The translations under genes were made by a program, and so were the position numbers. Shown one piece after another: positions 36,652-56,520 of a stretch of 64,000 nucleotides of DNA (position 1 is the stretch's first letter; each line of letters starts with the position of its first letter). The notes under the pieces are model-generated. The model was not told the origin of the DNA, did no database searches, and saw only the letters and a list, made by a program, of their open reading frames with translations. This stretch comes from Dicyema japonicum (lineage: Eukaryota > Animalia > Dicyemida). The DNA is taken from assembly GCA_011109175.1 (NCBI GenBank), contig RDEW01000014.1, positions 310,001-374,000 of the forward strand, in the 5' to 3' direction.

Positions 36652-38940
36652 ATGACTGATAATTTGGATATCAACTCACTACAAAAAATCAAAGAGCTCT
36701 CAGTGGCAAACGAACTCGAGCACAATACTTTTTTATTGGAACAAAGAGACCAAATAGATATTTTAGAGAAAGTTCAGCGGAAATATTTTTATAAAGGCAT
36801 TTATTTTCTACTATTAAAAGATCTAGTGAATGATGAGACAATTGCTGAAGATGATTCTGATGAATTTGTAAAGTTTAATCTAACAGAAAATCGACCCAAA
36901 AATGGAATTGCGGTCAATGACATAGAAGAAACAGTCGTCGGTAAATTTATGTCAAAAGTTTAGGTTCATCCAAAACATTTGAAGAAATACTCGAAAGAGA
37001 AATTGAGCTAAATAATGTAAATTTTAGTTGTATTTAGAAAAATGAATCTCAGAGCACTGCAACTCCTAAGAAGCAAAAAATGCAATTTTTAAAAAAGGGG
37101 GAAGGCCTCAAGCGATTCAACGGAAAACCTAAAATAACGAATAAAATTGAAGAAAACACACACAAAAGTGACTATTCAACATGCTCGTCGAGAAATTTTG
37201 CCGAACCAAAGAATGAAAACATATGCAAAGGTTTGTTTTTAAGAGATCATCTTTAGATACTAAAGAGGCCGAAATCAAAAACGTTTAATATATTATTTGA
37301 TGTTTACTAGGATGTTACAGAGTTCGAGGCTATGGAGGAAATTCTGGATAACTTATCTTTCGTATCTCTCACTCCGTCGATTGTATCAAAAATTGACGAA
37401 ATGAAAAAAAACAAAGTAAAATTTATCTTGAATTTTGATAAAAAACTGGAATGTCTCCGCCAAATAAACAGACTGAAACATTTCCAAAATATTACAACAG
37501 CTATGAATACAAGGATGCCGAAAAATCTTTCTCCGATCAAAGTGATACTTCTTTCGATGATGAACAAAGCTGGAGCAGTCTAAGGTTCACCAAATCAACT
37601 GCCTCAAATAATGAAGTTCCTAAAAAACCTAAATTCCATTCATCAATCGTCAAAAAATTTTTCCCTTCAATCGATAACGACATGAAATCTACTATTTCGA
37701 AGGATAAACTCGATTCTGAAAGTTCAGAAAAAGTGATGACTTCCAAATTAAAGGATGAAGCAAATTTACTGGAGAATGAACGAATAAAGCTCGATAAAAT
37801 TAACGAAGATATTAAAAAAATTAAATTTGAGAAAAAACAGGTTATAATTTCATCGCTTATCTAAGGAATTAAATCGATTGAGGAGACAGGTCGAGGAATT
37901 TGAGAAAGAAAAGAACGCTGAGTTATTGAGACTGAAAAATTTCAAAGATTCTGAATTAAATAAAATAAAGTCATTTTCAGCTTTAATTTGCCAGAAAAGA
38001 AAAAAAGCAGTTCAATGATTGGATTAAATCGCAAAGAGTGAATCCACTTAGACTGGAACGCCAAAAAATTAACGAATTGGAGAAAAAAGTTAAACAACTG
38101 ATAAACTTAAGATAAAAGAAAATGACAGCATTCACGAGAAGAATGAAATGCGGTGGAATTGCAATTTAACGAGACTCAAAAATAGAGTTGATTTCCTAGA
38201 AAAGCAAAACGAGGAGCTCAAACAAGAAATTAAGATTTCTGGGCAATTTTACTTTGAAAAGTCGAAAAGTTTTCTTTGATTCTTATTTAGGAGACTCAGC
38301 ACTTTGTAATAATAAAAATCAAATATGCAAATTTTGTGAAAAATCGAACAAAGTTGAATTTAAATTTAAAATAGAATTCTGACGAATCAATGAATAAGTC
38401 AAATGAAGTTTATTTCCCGAACGGAACCAAGAAGTACATCAAAAATGACGGAAATTCGTATTCCTTGTTTTACTTCAACGGAGACGAAAAGCACAAATTT
38501 AAAGATTTGCAAGTGGTTGCTATTTTATGCGATATTCGCTAATTTAATAGGTTTATTACTATTCTGAGTCAGGATCAATTCAAATAACGCTACCAAATGG
38601 GAACGAAGTAGTGATATTTAGAAAGTATGCTCTATTTAACCCCCAAGCGGTCAAATTGAACGGAAATTTAAAAATAGTGACACAGATATTCTGCATCATG
38701 ACAGAAACGCTAAATTTACGTTCACCAATGGAAGCAATACTATAATTCAAAATGACGGGACAATTATTCGTAATTATCCTGATGATAGACAAACTATTCA
38801 CTATTCAAACGGAAAGACGGAAATTCAGACTAAAGACGCTATAGTACTATTTAGAGATAATATTTTAGAGAAAAATTTATGCTAACGGAAAAATAAAGAT
38901 TTTAAAGCGCTATGAATCTTCAGAAAGCAATTTTACATAA
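36652..38940 (+). CDS. CENPJ: Centriolar protein CENPJ/CPAP/SAS-4
   Basis: QFLKKGEGLKRF and EFEAMEEILDNLSF motifs, coiled coil, and C-terminal TCP10/G-box repeats (FPNGT, YFNGD, LPNGN, FTNGS, YANGK) after removing micro-introns. Confidence 0.85.
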
Positions 38941-39599
38941 TGTAGTTTCATTAATGGATTTTTGACTGCGTGTAAATGATTTTCCTAAATAAAATCTTGA
39001 CTTTCTATCATATTGGCAAAATATACGCAAATAATTTGAAAGTTTCGAGTGTTTCTGTGCGCCCCTTTGAATAACTAAGTGAATTGAGCATTTTCTCTTT
39101 TTACGTCTCATATTTATTATTTTCCCCACAGGATCACTGTGTTGAAAGATAAACAACGTCCCAGCAACTAAGCAATTTTACAATGATAGGGGAAGTCGAA
39201 TCCGGTAGGGATGGGCATCAGAATCTGCTCCATAATGGACTCAGAGATTTCTGTATCTCGAGTAGTTTTTTAGGCATTTAAAAGTGTCAAAGAGGGGCTG
39301 TTTGGTATGTAGGCCGCCCTAAAAAATTTTCATTGTTGTTCAATTAGAAGAGCTTCAAGAGTTATACACTCGGAATTAAGGCCAATGAGTTTTGGATCGT
39401 AAATAACATTTGCAAGGAAGAATGGGAAAGGAAACTGTCCACAGTGAACTCGCACAGGTCAAAAGTTGACCTCCTCACATTTAGCTTAATGTAGCTCTCT
39501 AAAAAATAGCTTTGCACTAAACAAAGACTTTCCTTGTGGGGTTCTATATTAACCCTTGATACACAGAAAAAAAAGTTAATAATCACGCTTACTAATTTT

Positions 39600-39950
39600 A
39601 TTTAGTTAAAAGCACTCCCACGTTACCAATAAGCATATGAATACATAGACTTCCGCTTGTGCCATGTTCTTTGATATCCGTTCTACCAGTTTTCTCCCTG
39701 CAACTTTCTTCCGTAGTTTATCGAAGTCGTCCGATGTTCTAGAAAAGTGAGAAAACAGCTGAGTAAAACAATTTAACTGCCAATTCTGAGTTCGAAAACT
39801 CTGTACCATAATCTGGTTGTAAAATAGAAGGCGGGTCATTAAAAAATTGTGACTCTTTTCGAACTTCATACGTGCACTAATCCATGATTGAAATCTCCGA
39901 GGATTGCCTCCGCCTTATTGACACCACAATGACGGTTCTTTTCTGTATTT
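39600..39950 (-). mobile_element. Highly decayed integrase remnant
   Basis: DPPSILQPDYGTEFSN resembles GPPxILQSDNGTEF; downstream LVERISKN resembles the VER motif. Confidence 0.45.
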
Positions 39951-40199
39951 TCAGAAAGCATAATGTTTCTCATCTTATCTTTCTAAATAACGTCCTTTTT
40001 TTAGATCGTCTGCGAATAAATACAACTTGTCATCAATTAGAATAAAAAGTTCTGCCTTTTTTTATTTCGTGTTCTTGCTTTTCGTCAAGCCACCTGGAAA
40101 AATTTAGATTTTAACGAAATTATTAAACTCGATTTTGGATTGTAGGATCACCTTGGTCATTTAAAGGAGCTGATAAAAAATTCAAATATATTTCACGCA

Positions 40200-40385
40200 T
40201 ATGAACGAGATTAGACCCCGGATCTTACGTGCATCCAACAGATTCTCCATTTTCATAACTTCAGATTTCCAATATCTCCGTCAACTCGTCCACGCACTCA
40301 AGAAAAAGGAAGATAAGTGCTTTCAGCCATCATGAAGCTAAACAGACATTTAACGCAATAGGGGTACGTCACCACCTCAACCTGT
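40200..40385 (-). repeat. Dispersed repeat family 3, copy 2
   Basis: Minus strand begins CAGGTTGAGGTGGTGACGTACC and shares TAGCTTCATGA, TTGGAAA..GAAGTTATGAA and GGTCTAATCTCGTTCA blocks with 22755-22885; has an extra internal segment. Confidence 0.5.
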
Positions 40386-40466
40386 AAATTCGTGAAATAT
40401 CTATACAAAAATAACGGGAAAAATCAATTAGTAAATTTAATTAATAGGGAGTTATGATTAGAAATT

Positions 40467-41246
40467 TTATGTGGTAAATTTGATTATTGGCCTGTTTGGT
40501 TATTTAATAAGAGCCAATTCCCTAACCAAGTCTAAAATGAAATAAATATTTTAACCACTGGATTTTCAGGCTTTTCTTTGCACAGGTTTGTAAGACCACA
40601 TAACAACGTCTGGTTCACTGTTTTAATTAAATAGTCTGATGCGAGTTCATCTTTGGAAATTGGATCAAGGATCGCTAAATTTACGAGACAAATAATACTT
40701 TGACGGAAAAATAACCGAATTTCGTTAACGGCTTTATCGGCGGTCTCACTAATGTGAACACCGTTTCTAATTTCATCAGTTCCATAGATTGCCCTTAAAC
40801 TGTAATGTTTTATAATTAAATAGCCAACGAATTTGGATATTTTTCTGACGCAACCTTAGGATTTAAAGGTCCTGCTAATTCGGAAAGATACTCCACACCG
40901 TTAATTCGAGACAAATGATAGACAATAATTGGGGACAAACTCAAATAGCTACATTTAAGGAAAATGAATTTTTCCCAAAATCTTCATAGTAAAACATACT
41001 GGCTTGTTCCGGACTAAGTAAAACTTTACGCTTCTAAGCATGAAATTAAAAATTTTGCTGATTACCTGCAAAACAGTAAAGCCCGATCTGATCAGTATAT
41101 CTTCGATTTCAACGGCTTTATCAATAACATCAGGTTTTATAATTAGCAACGTCGACGATGATGGAATTTTATCAAACTCAATCTTTTTAACTTCAAAATC
41201 TTCTGTTTGTTCAATATTCTAATTTTAAAATACTAGATACATCCAT
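40467..41246 (-). CDS. NME5: Nucleoside diphosphate kinase homolog 5 (NDK plus Dpy-30 domain, axonemal)
   Basis: TLLIIKPDVI, SLRAIYGTDEIRNGVH, and Dpy-30-type LLCGLTNLCKEKPENPVTWLGNWLL. Five micro-introns; two apparent -1 frameshifts. Confidence 0.9.
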
Positions 41247-41499
41247 TCCTCTATTTCTTAGTAACAAAAATTTATATTGAGAAATATTTTTTATATAATA
41301 CAATATTTATGTAATTTTATTAAATAAAAATGTATTTTTTAAAACTTAAAGACAGCAGACTTTATAAATTAATTTTATTTACCCCCAATGTTTTTGGGGG
41401 GAAATTACCAAAAAGTCAAGACACAGTCAAAGTGACCAGTTAGTATAGTGACTGACGGTTGAGATTCTGACTTAGCTATAGTGCATTTAATGCTTTATC

Positions 41500-42250
41500 A
41501 CCTCAATGTGAATATAATTCCTCTTTTCCTTTTTTGGTCCTGATGTCCTTCGTCGTCAATGGAGATGTCAAAAATCCAGTTAGCTTAATGACGATGAATA
41601 TCCTGTAGTGGTCCCAGTCAACCGAACTGATGTTTTTGTAGCCTACAGATAATCTAGACGTCCTCTTCGTTTTGAGGTTGATCGTCACCATCAGGGGAAA
41701 GTGATTACTTCTTATATCTCGTAATATCGTCGACATTTTCAAGTATATCATAAGAAGAGGGGAGGCAAGAAACAAGCTAGTTTATCGCCTCTATGAAGTA
41801 GATAGTGATTTATCTCCTTAGACGTTAGCACGTAAAATCCATTCTGATCATTTGTGGTCTTTTTGGGGTCGTGTTCTTACGGTTGAAGATATGGTGTTTG
41901 TGTAGTCAGATTCTTTCATGTGGCTGTAAATTTGTGATATTTTCCATGGATTATCAGATCATGAATACAGTCCGCCAACGGAAATTTATCTGTCTTCAAT
42001 TACAAAAAATTATATTTGGATCCCGAACTCGCAAGTGGAGGCGGTAAAATAGTGACGTCCCCGTCCCTGCTATAATTCCATTTTTCGATATTCTTGGTAT
42101 TCGTCTATAGTCAGTAACTCTTCCTTTTAGGATATAGTTTCGTTTAATACTATATTTGTTTACTCAGATTCCACAATTGATGCAAACTTTTGAAACCTTT
42201 TTACGACAAGGGTTTCAAAAGTACAACTTTTAGTCCTCTTTTATTATCGT
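41500..42250 (-). mobile_element. Probable decayed LINE endonuclease remnant
   Basis: RSNHFPL (SDH-like) and VDWDHYR motifs only. Confidence 0.3.
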
Positions 42251-42989
42251 CGGTGGCCTGATTTTACAAGAGCAGAGCAATACATTCAGTAAATTAACGT
42301 GGCCTTTCCACGCCAGCTGTTTAATCTATCTATAAGTTAGTTTTCCGGACTCTCTGATGCACCAGGGATATGTTCCCATTTTGAATACTTCGTCTTGCTT
42401 GGCAGCGTTTTTTCATTCATTATTGCATTGGTTCCCAGCCTTAAGGTGCTCGCGAAATCCTTTTGGGTTAATTTATTTTTTGCAGAACCCTTACAATTCA
42501 ATTATTACAATTTTCACTTAAAACATAATCGTATTAACCAAAAACAATTTTAATGTGAATATTGAGGTAACGTTTTATCATAGCATAGAGTTGTGTAACG
42601 TTAGGATTATTGTTGACAACTGTGTCCTCATATCAGCGGAAGCATTGAGTTTATTTCTATATTTTGTTTTTAATAGATCGAAACTAACTAACAACATCCG
42701 AACTTTCTTCGTCTGGTCTTCTGATGAGCCAATCGCATTCCAGTAGCACCTTCTCTTCCTTCTGCATAGGAATTAAATCGGTGACATTGATTTTTAGCGT
42801 GGCAAGAACACTCGCAGAGGATTACGCAGTGATCGGGGGCCGATTGATGGATGCAGACGATCTGGAAGAAATTCAGGAAACGAGCACGACAACGAAAAGG
42901 ATGGAGAAAACTAACAGAAAGGATAGTCGACAAACGTGGCACAAGCAAACCATAAACAATGTTTATTGGTAACGCGAATGTGCTTTAAC

Positions 42990-43265
42990 TAACTAAATGT
43001 GCCTCTCCACAACGTGCTACAAGATAACTCACCTGTTTAATTAAAACAATTCTATACTTCATAGGATGCTCTGGTCGATTTTAAGTTGTCGTCTTTAGCA
43101 AAATTGGACACTTCCAACTTGCACCTTATAGATGAATTCAATTTGTTTTGAAAAAAAAAATATCTTTATCCTTTAAATGAGGATGCTTCATCAATGAAGA
43201 GATGTGTTAGGCATTATATGATGGCACATTACACATTTTGTCGTATGCGGTAAATCAGATCCGTT
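42990..43265 (-). mobile_element. hAT transposase N-terminal remnant with a 25-nt intron
   Basis: STRASYE|VSYLVARCGEAH resembles the hAT ASYxVAxxIAKxxKPH motif once 43033-43057 is removed. A TIR-like TAGTTCCCAACCTGGG lies on the minus strand near 43875-43890. Confidence 0.55.
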
Positions 43266-44289
43266 TTTAGAAAACCCATATGTGATGTAGCTTTTATCAT
43301 ATTTTTTTTTCTAAAATTATAATTATAAAAAAACCTTTTTGAATATTTTTTGGAATCTCCTATGCTACTATTTTCTCATTAAAAATATTATCAAATTGAC
43401 TAATTGACTAACCAACCCAAAACAGAATCATGTTTAATATATTTTAATTTTTGTGGAAAACAGAAATTGAAAAAGTAAACGAGTAAATAAATTTAAATAA
43501 AACTGGTTATTTGAGAGAATCTCGCTCGCTATCCTGAGAGGGAATAGCCACACAGTCAGGGCAGCCTCTATATAACCGTTTACTCTATTTTCTTTCTTTA
43601 ATGAGTAAATTATCTGATTAAGCGGATTTTAATCCAGATCGCTGGTAATCTTTCTCCTTCTCTTAGAAGAAGAGTGTGCCATCACTCCCTGTTATTCCTT
43701 ATCTCCATATCAGTGTCAGTCGAAATATCTCTGTTAGAGTCAAGTGGGATGTCCTCACGGCATGCCAGTTCCACAAGTTGAGATGTAGCAGAGGTGTACT
43801 CTTCATCAGAAACCTTCATCCCGTGTTTGAGTAATTAAAAACTATTATTAAATAATTTATAATAAATTTCGGAACCCAGGTTGGGAACTACTACATTATT
43901 GGTTTGCGTGAGAAGGATTATCGTCCCTTTGCTTCTGTGTATTGCATGATAGCCATCTGGTTTTCTCATAGCGGCTATTCTGGTAACTGTGGTCGATAAA
44001 CTTGCAAAATCAGAATTAGGACCAATGAGTTTGTTATGGCCTTTTGGATTATGGATAACTTGTGTAGGGAGGAAAGAATATGGTCTTTGACGGGAATTCA
44101 CTTAAACTGACGGCAGATAGAGAGTAGGACAATATTACGCGAAAAATCGATAATTCTGTGCTAATTTTGAATTCAGATTAAAATTTTAGAAGTTTACATG
44201 TCTAAAACTTTTTTACTTAAAATTTCAAAAAATCGACTATTATAAATTTAATTAATTTAAATTACTAAAAATTCAAATTTTAGCAATGC

Positions 44290-52662
<8,373 letters not shown>

Positions 52663-52683
52663 CTTATGTTTGTTAGTGTTAAA

Positions 52684-53034
52684 ATGAAAGTCACTTTAAA
52701 ATTTTGATTTGATATTTTTGAGTTTAAAACTAGTATTTGTGTAATTTGTCGAGAGAAAAATAAAAATGTTAATAGGCGATTGATATTTTCAGGGTTCAGA
52801 ATGGAAGAGACTTTGTGTAATTTTGGGTGCATTCTTCTGTGTTTCTGCTAGTCTGCTTATTTTTCCGCCATTTACCAAAAGTCAAAGTGACAATAAATAG
52901 CTGAAGAAGGAATTCTCATGAATAATTGTAAAGACACAATAGATGACAGTGAACTTGAGAAATTTAAAAATTATAGCTACAGATTACTATCAAAAGAAAT
53001 ATCTAATAGAATGACGCGATTGCTTTCGCAATAA
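52684..53034 (+). CDS. Hypothetical small membrane protein (speculative 4-exon model)
   Basis: Three GT-AG introns (33, 25, 20 nt) give an open frame with a hydrophobic stretch LCVILGAFFCVSASLLIF; no homology recognised. Confidence 0.25.
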
Positions 53035-53370
53035 TAATAACAGAGACCAAGGTTATACAAACTAACTAATCACGTGATCCCAGCACGCACTAGCAGGGAC
53101 CTCATTTTGCCCGATGCTGCTCCCTCGACCCCACACAAGCACGTATCGGTCGAATGGTTGGAACCTTCGCATTCACGACGGCGCGTTTCCTGGTTCATTC
53201 GTATCAAGGCTTCAAGAAGCATTGGTGGCTGGAACTCTCCAGAAATCCAGCGTTCCGTGATTTTGGAGGCTATGAGAGGTAACTCCCATTGCGTGCTCAA
53301 GTCCAATTATTGATGGTCGTCGGTGCTGGTTTCAAGACCATTGGTGCTGGTGCCACGACCGTTGACGCTA
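53030..53370 (-). mobile_element. LINE 3' end
   Basis: ORF ends RSLLVRAGIT* followed by TTAGTTAGTTTGT..CCTTGGT and a (TTA)n tail, like the other LINE ends. Confidence 0.55.
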
Positions 53371-53408
53371 CAACTTACGTTTTCGCAAGTCGAAAGAGTT
53401 TCAATGCC

Positions 53409-53576
53409 AAGATACACAATACAAGGCCATGTTACAAGACGATCTGAAGATACACATTACAAGGGCCATATTACAAGACGGACATTGGTGCTGCGTTCAT
53501 GAAAAGACATATATCACAAGGGCCATTTTGCAAGACGATCCGAAGATATACATTACAAGGGCCATACTACAATACG
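53409..53576 (+). repeat. Four-unit minisatellite of about 39 bp
   Basis: Units AAGATAYACATTACAAGGGCCATATTRCAAGACGATCYG start at 53409, 53447, 53504 and 53543; unit 2 carries an 18-bp insertion. Confidence 0.9.
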
Positions 53577-53781
53577 AAAAAACCTATTCACTTCGAGTGA
53601 ATCTTCTCAAGACAAATAAACATATTACAAACGAAGGAACCCATTACATGGTGGAGAAACATATCACAAGTCGGAAGGATATATTCACAATTACGAAGAA
53701 ACCTATTGAAAGTGCAGTAGACAAAGGGTCAAAGTCTCGGGATATTCTCCAAGTTGGACTTGGTACCCACAACAATTGAAT

Positions 53782-53947
53782 CCCTACATTCGAATCCGGG
53801 TCTACACAGAACTTTGTCATCCTCCGGACTTTGATCCCTACAGCACCTGGGACTATCGTAGATGTACATACTAGAGTTGGGACCTACCGGGAGATACCCA
53901 TACCAAATGTTCCCTACATTCGAATTGGGTTCTACGCAAGACTTTGT
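53782..53947 (+). repeat. 36-bp imperfect direct repeat, 130 bp apart
   Basis: CCCTACATTCGAATCCGGGTCTACACAGAACTTTGT and CCCTACATTCGAATTGGGTTCTACGCAAGACTTTGT. Confidence 0.75.
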
Positions 53948-54249
53948 TAACCACATTATTGGTCCCTAGAAGGCGGCTTGGAACTACTGTGGAAAAAACA
54001 TACCGGGGAAGGGACCTACTAAGGAGAACTAACTGGAGATGGGCTTACTAGCTTTGTACCTACTACGCTCTGGATATAAAAACAGGATTCATGGGATCCA
54101 ACACTAGGACGAAATTCAACCAACGATAGAAGATAACTAAATGGAGTGTGGATACATCGGAAGTGTCCAGGCATAGGCGGACACGTATAAATATCCATAA
54201 AATAACTCCTTACTTACTTAATTTGGAATAATTTTGGTTTTCGGTTTTT

Positions 54250-55100
54250 GGTTTTCGTGCTCAAGTCCTGCAGGTCATTATAGAAATTTATTTCCAAAGA
54301 TCACAGTTAAAGACAAAAACAAGAAATTATGTGATCCCGGCGAATTTTATTAGGGCTCTCAGCTTGGCCCGGTGGTCTTCCCTCGATCCAACACAAGCAC
54401 GCAGTAGACGGGTGATCCTCTGGTATCGTTGAGTTTGGCCTCCTTTTTTTTCTTATTAGGTCTTCCAAGGTGGTAGGTATAGAATTTAGATCGCCTTTGA
54501 TCCAGTTTTCTATCACGGAAAACGCTCTTTTTTGGGTTGCCGCAATTCTCTGGGCATTCGTCCAAAAAATTGAGGGGCCCCATGATACATATGATATGCA
54601 TGGCTCGACCTCATTATCCTCATGCTCCGGAGTCGGGATATCATTCAAGAAAAGGTTGAAGAGTATAGGGGATAGAGGAGATCCTTGGGGTATTACATTT
54701 GGAATTAAACGGAAGTTCGACTGTAGGTTTCCCAAACAGACCCGTTTTCTTCGTCCACTGAAGAAATTCACCAGCCAGAGTTTGAAATTCTCAGGTATAT
54801 CCGTATGATAGATTTTCCTGGTGAGTTTTTTCTTTGGGATGGAGTCGAATACCTTGTGAATGTCTACAGAACATAGAATTGTCTTTTTGTGCCTGGTTTG
54901 TTGGTGAACCCCGAGCGAATAAAATCACTCAGGGATAGTAGGTGGGTATCCGTCGAGTGAAGGGATTTAAATCCGTGTTGGAATGATTTCTCTGAGATTG
55001 TTCCTCTGATCTTCTGAAGAACTGGTTTCCCAGATTTTCGACATTGAAGATAGCAACGATACCGGTCTGAATGATGCCGGGTCGTTTTTTGGTTTTCTCA
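54250..55100 (-). mobile_element. Jockey-like RT fragment
   Basis: IPQGSPLSPILFNLFLNDIP and VDIHKVFDSI motifs. Confidence 0.65.
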
Positions 55101-55479
55101 TTTTCAATATCGAGCGGATGTAGGCGAGTTTCCAAAGCGATGTCTTGAACTTCCGTTTTCTTTATGGGCAATTTTCACATAATCTTCATAATGGAATTCA
55201 GATCTTTCTGGCTGTATTCGGATTCGTCGGTTGGTCTATCATCAGCCCTTGATATAACCCGAATGATTTTCCATACTTGGGCTGTTGTCTGACTTCGGTT
55301 CAAAGCTGTAAGAACTCGTGACCATTTGCTTTCTGTATCTTAAGTTCTTTGGCCTTTATATTTTCATTCAGTGCTTTCAGTCGGAGTTTTGCCTTGGTTG
55401 AGCGAATTCCAGCTTTTTTGAGGCTATTTCTTTCCTTTACCAAAGCCATCTTTCCAAAGCCTCTTGTGTAGCAGGTGTG

Positions 55480-56470
55480 TCTTATTGGGACAGCCATTTT
55501 TCTCCCTTGCAGAATGATGTCATACATGCTGATGTGATACACCGCCTCTTGCAAAATCAACATACTGAAAGCTGTGTCAGGCCATTTTTTGGGCAAAGCA
55601 AAGAGGCTCTGACAATCATATATAAACAATTCATTAAAATAAAATTAAATGCAAGTCCTTGTTGGTCAACCTCTGCCTCTTTCACTTCAATCAACAAACT
55701 TCATAAGTTCAAACATCGCTTTATGTTTCAAATCACCCCCATTGATCATCTTCACTAGGAATCAAAGATCCTTCTAATTGGAGACCATTTGGAAATGAAA
55801 GCTCTGCAGTTCCTCTCCCAAGTCTGCTACCCAGACCATCCTTGTCACTCTGCAAACCCCAAAACAAAAGAAAAATTATTATGACAACCATTGATCTGCC
55901 ACGAATGGTATAATCCATTCCTTCCAACCCCAATGATCGGGATTGTCAGAAACAGATAAACGAATATGTTTCTACGAGAACTATCCGAAGACTCGATGGT
56001 AATAAAATACTACACCTGGCCCCTCCTCCTATAGAATATTCAGGATACTCTCCTCCGAAGGGCATCCAGGTAAACCTGACTCGTCTACGATGTGGGCACC
56101 ATCCTTCTCTACCAGCGTACGATGTCCTCTGTTCCTTTCGCAACCTCTATGAGTTAACAACAAATCATGAATTAACACAATGTTCGTCTACAATGGCAGA
56201 ACTGACCGATCTTTGGGAGCGAACTACATTTGCTGCGTCCTATTTAATAGCTGCTGACCTCATACAAGTTTGTAAGGCTGGGGTTCCTTAACTAAGTAAG
56301 TAATCAACTAAATCCGTATTCATTCACTGTACTAGTCTCACTCACTCTTCTGCAAAAAGCCATCCTATTGAGTTCGAAACACCAGTTATCAAATAAATCT
56401 TGCGTGGCCTATACAGACACGTCCTCTTCTTCCGGCTTTCCCCATAGTTCATAAATATTATTGTTAAATA
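55480..56470 (+). mobile_element. Jockey/I-like LINE post-RT region and 3' end
   Basis: TPIDHLH.ESKIL..DHLEM..YPDHPCH and LTRLRCGH motifs; short similarity to 4700-4790. Confidence 0.55.
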
Positions 56471-56520
56471 AATTAATTAAAATAAAATAGTGAATAATAA
56501 ACAGTTACGTATTTAAAAAT

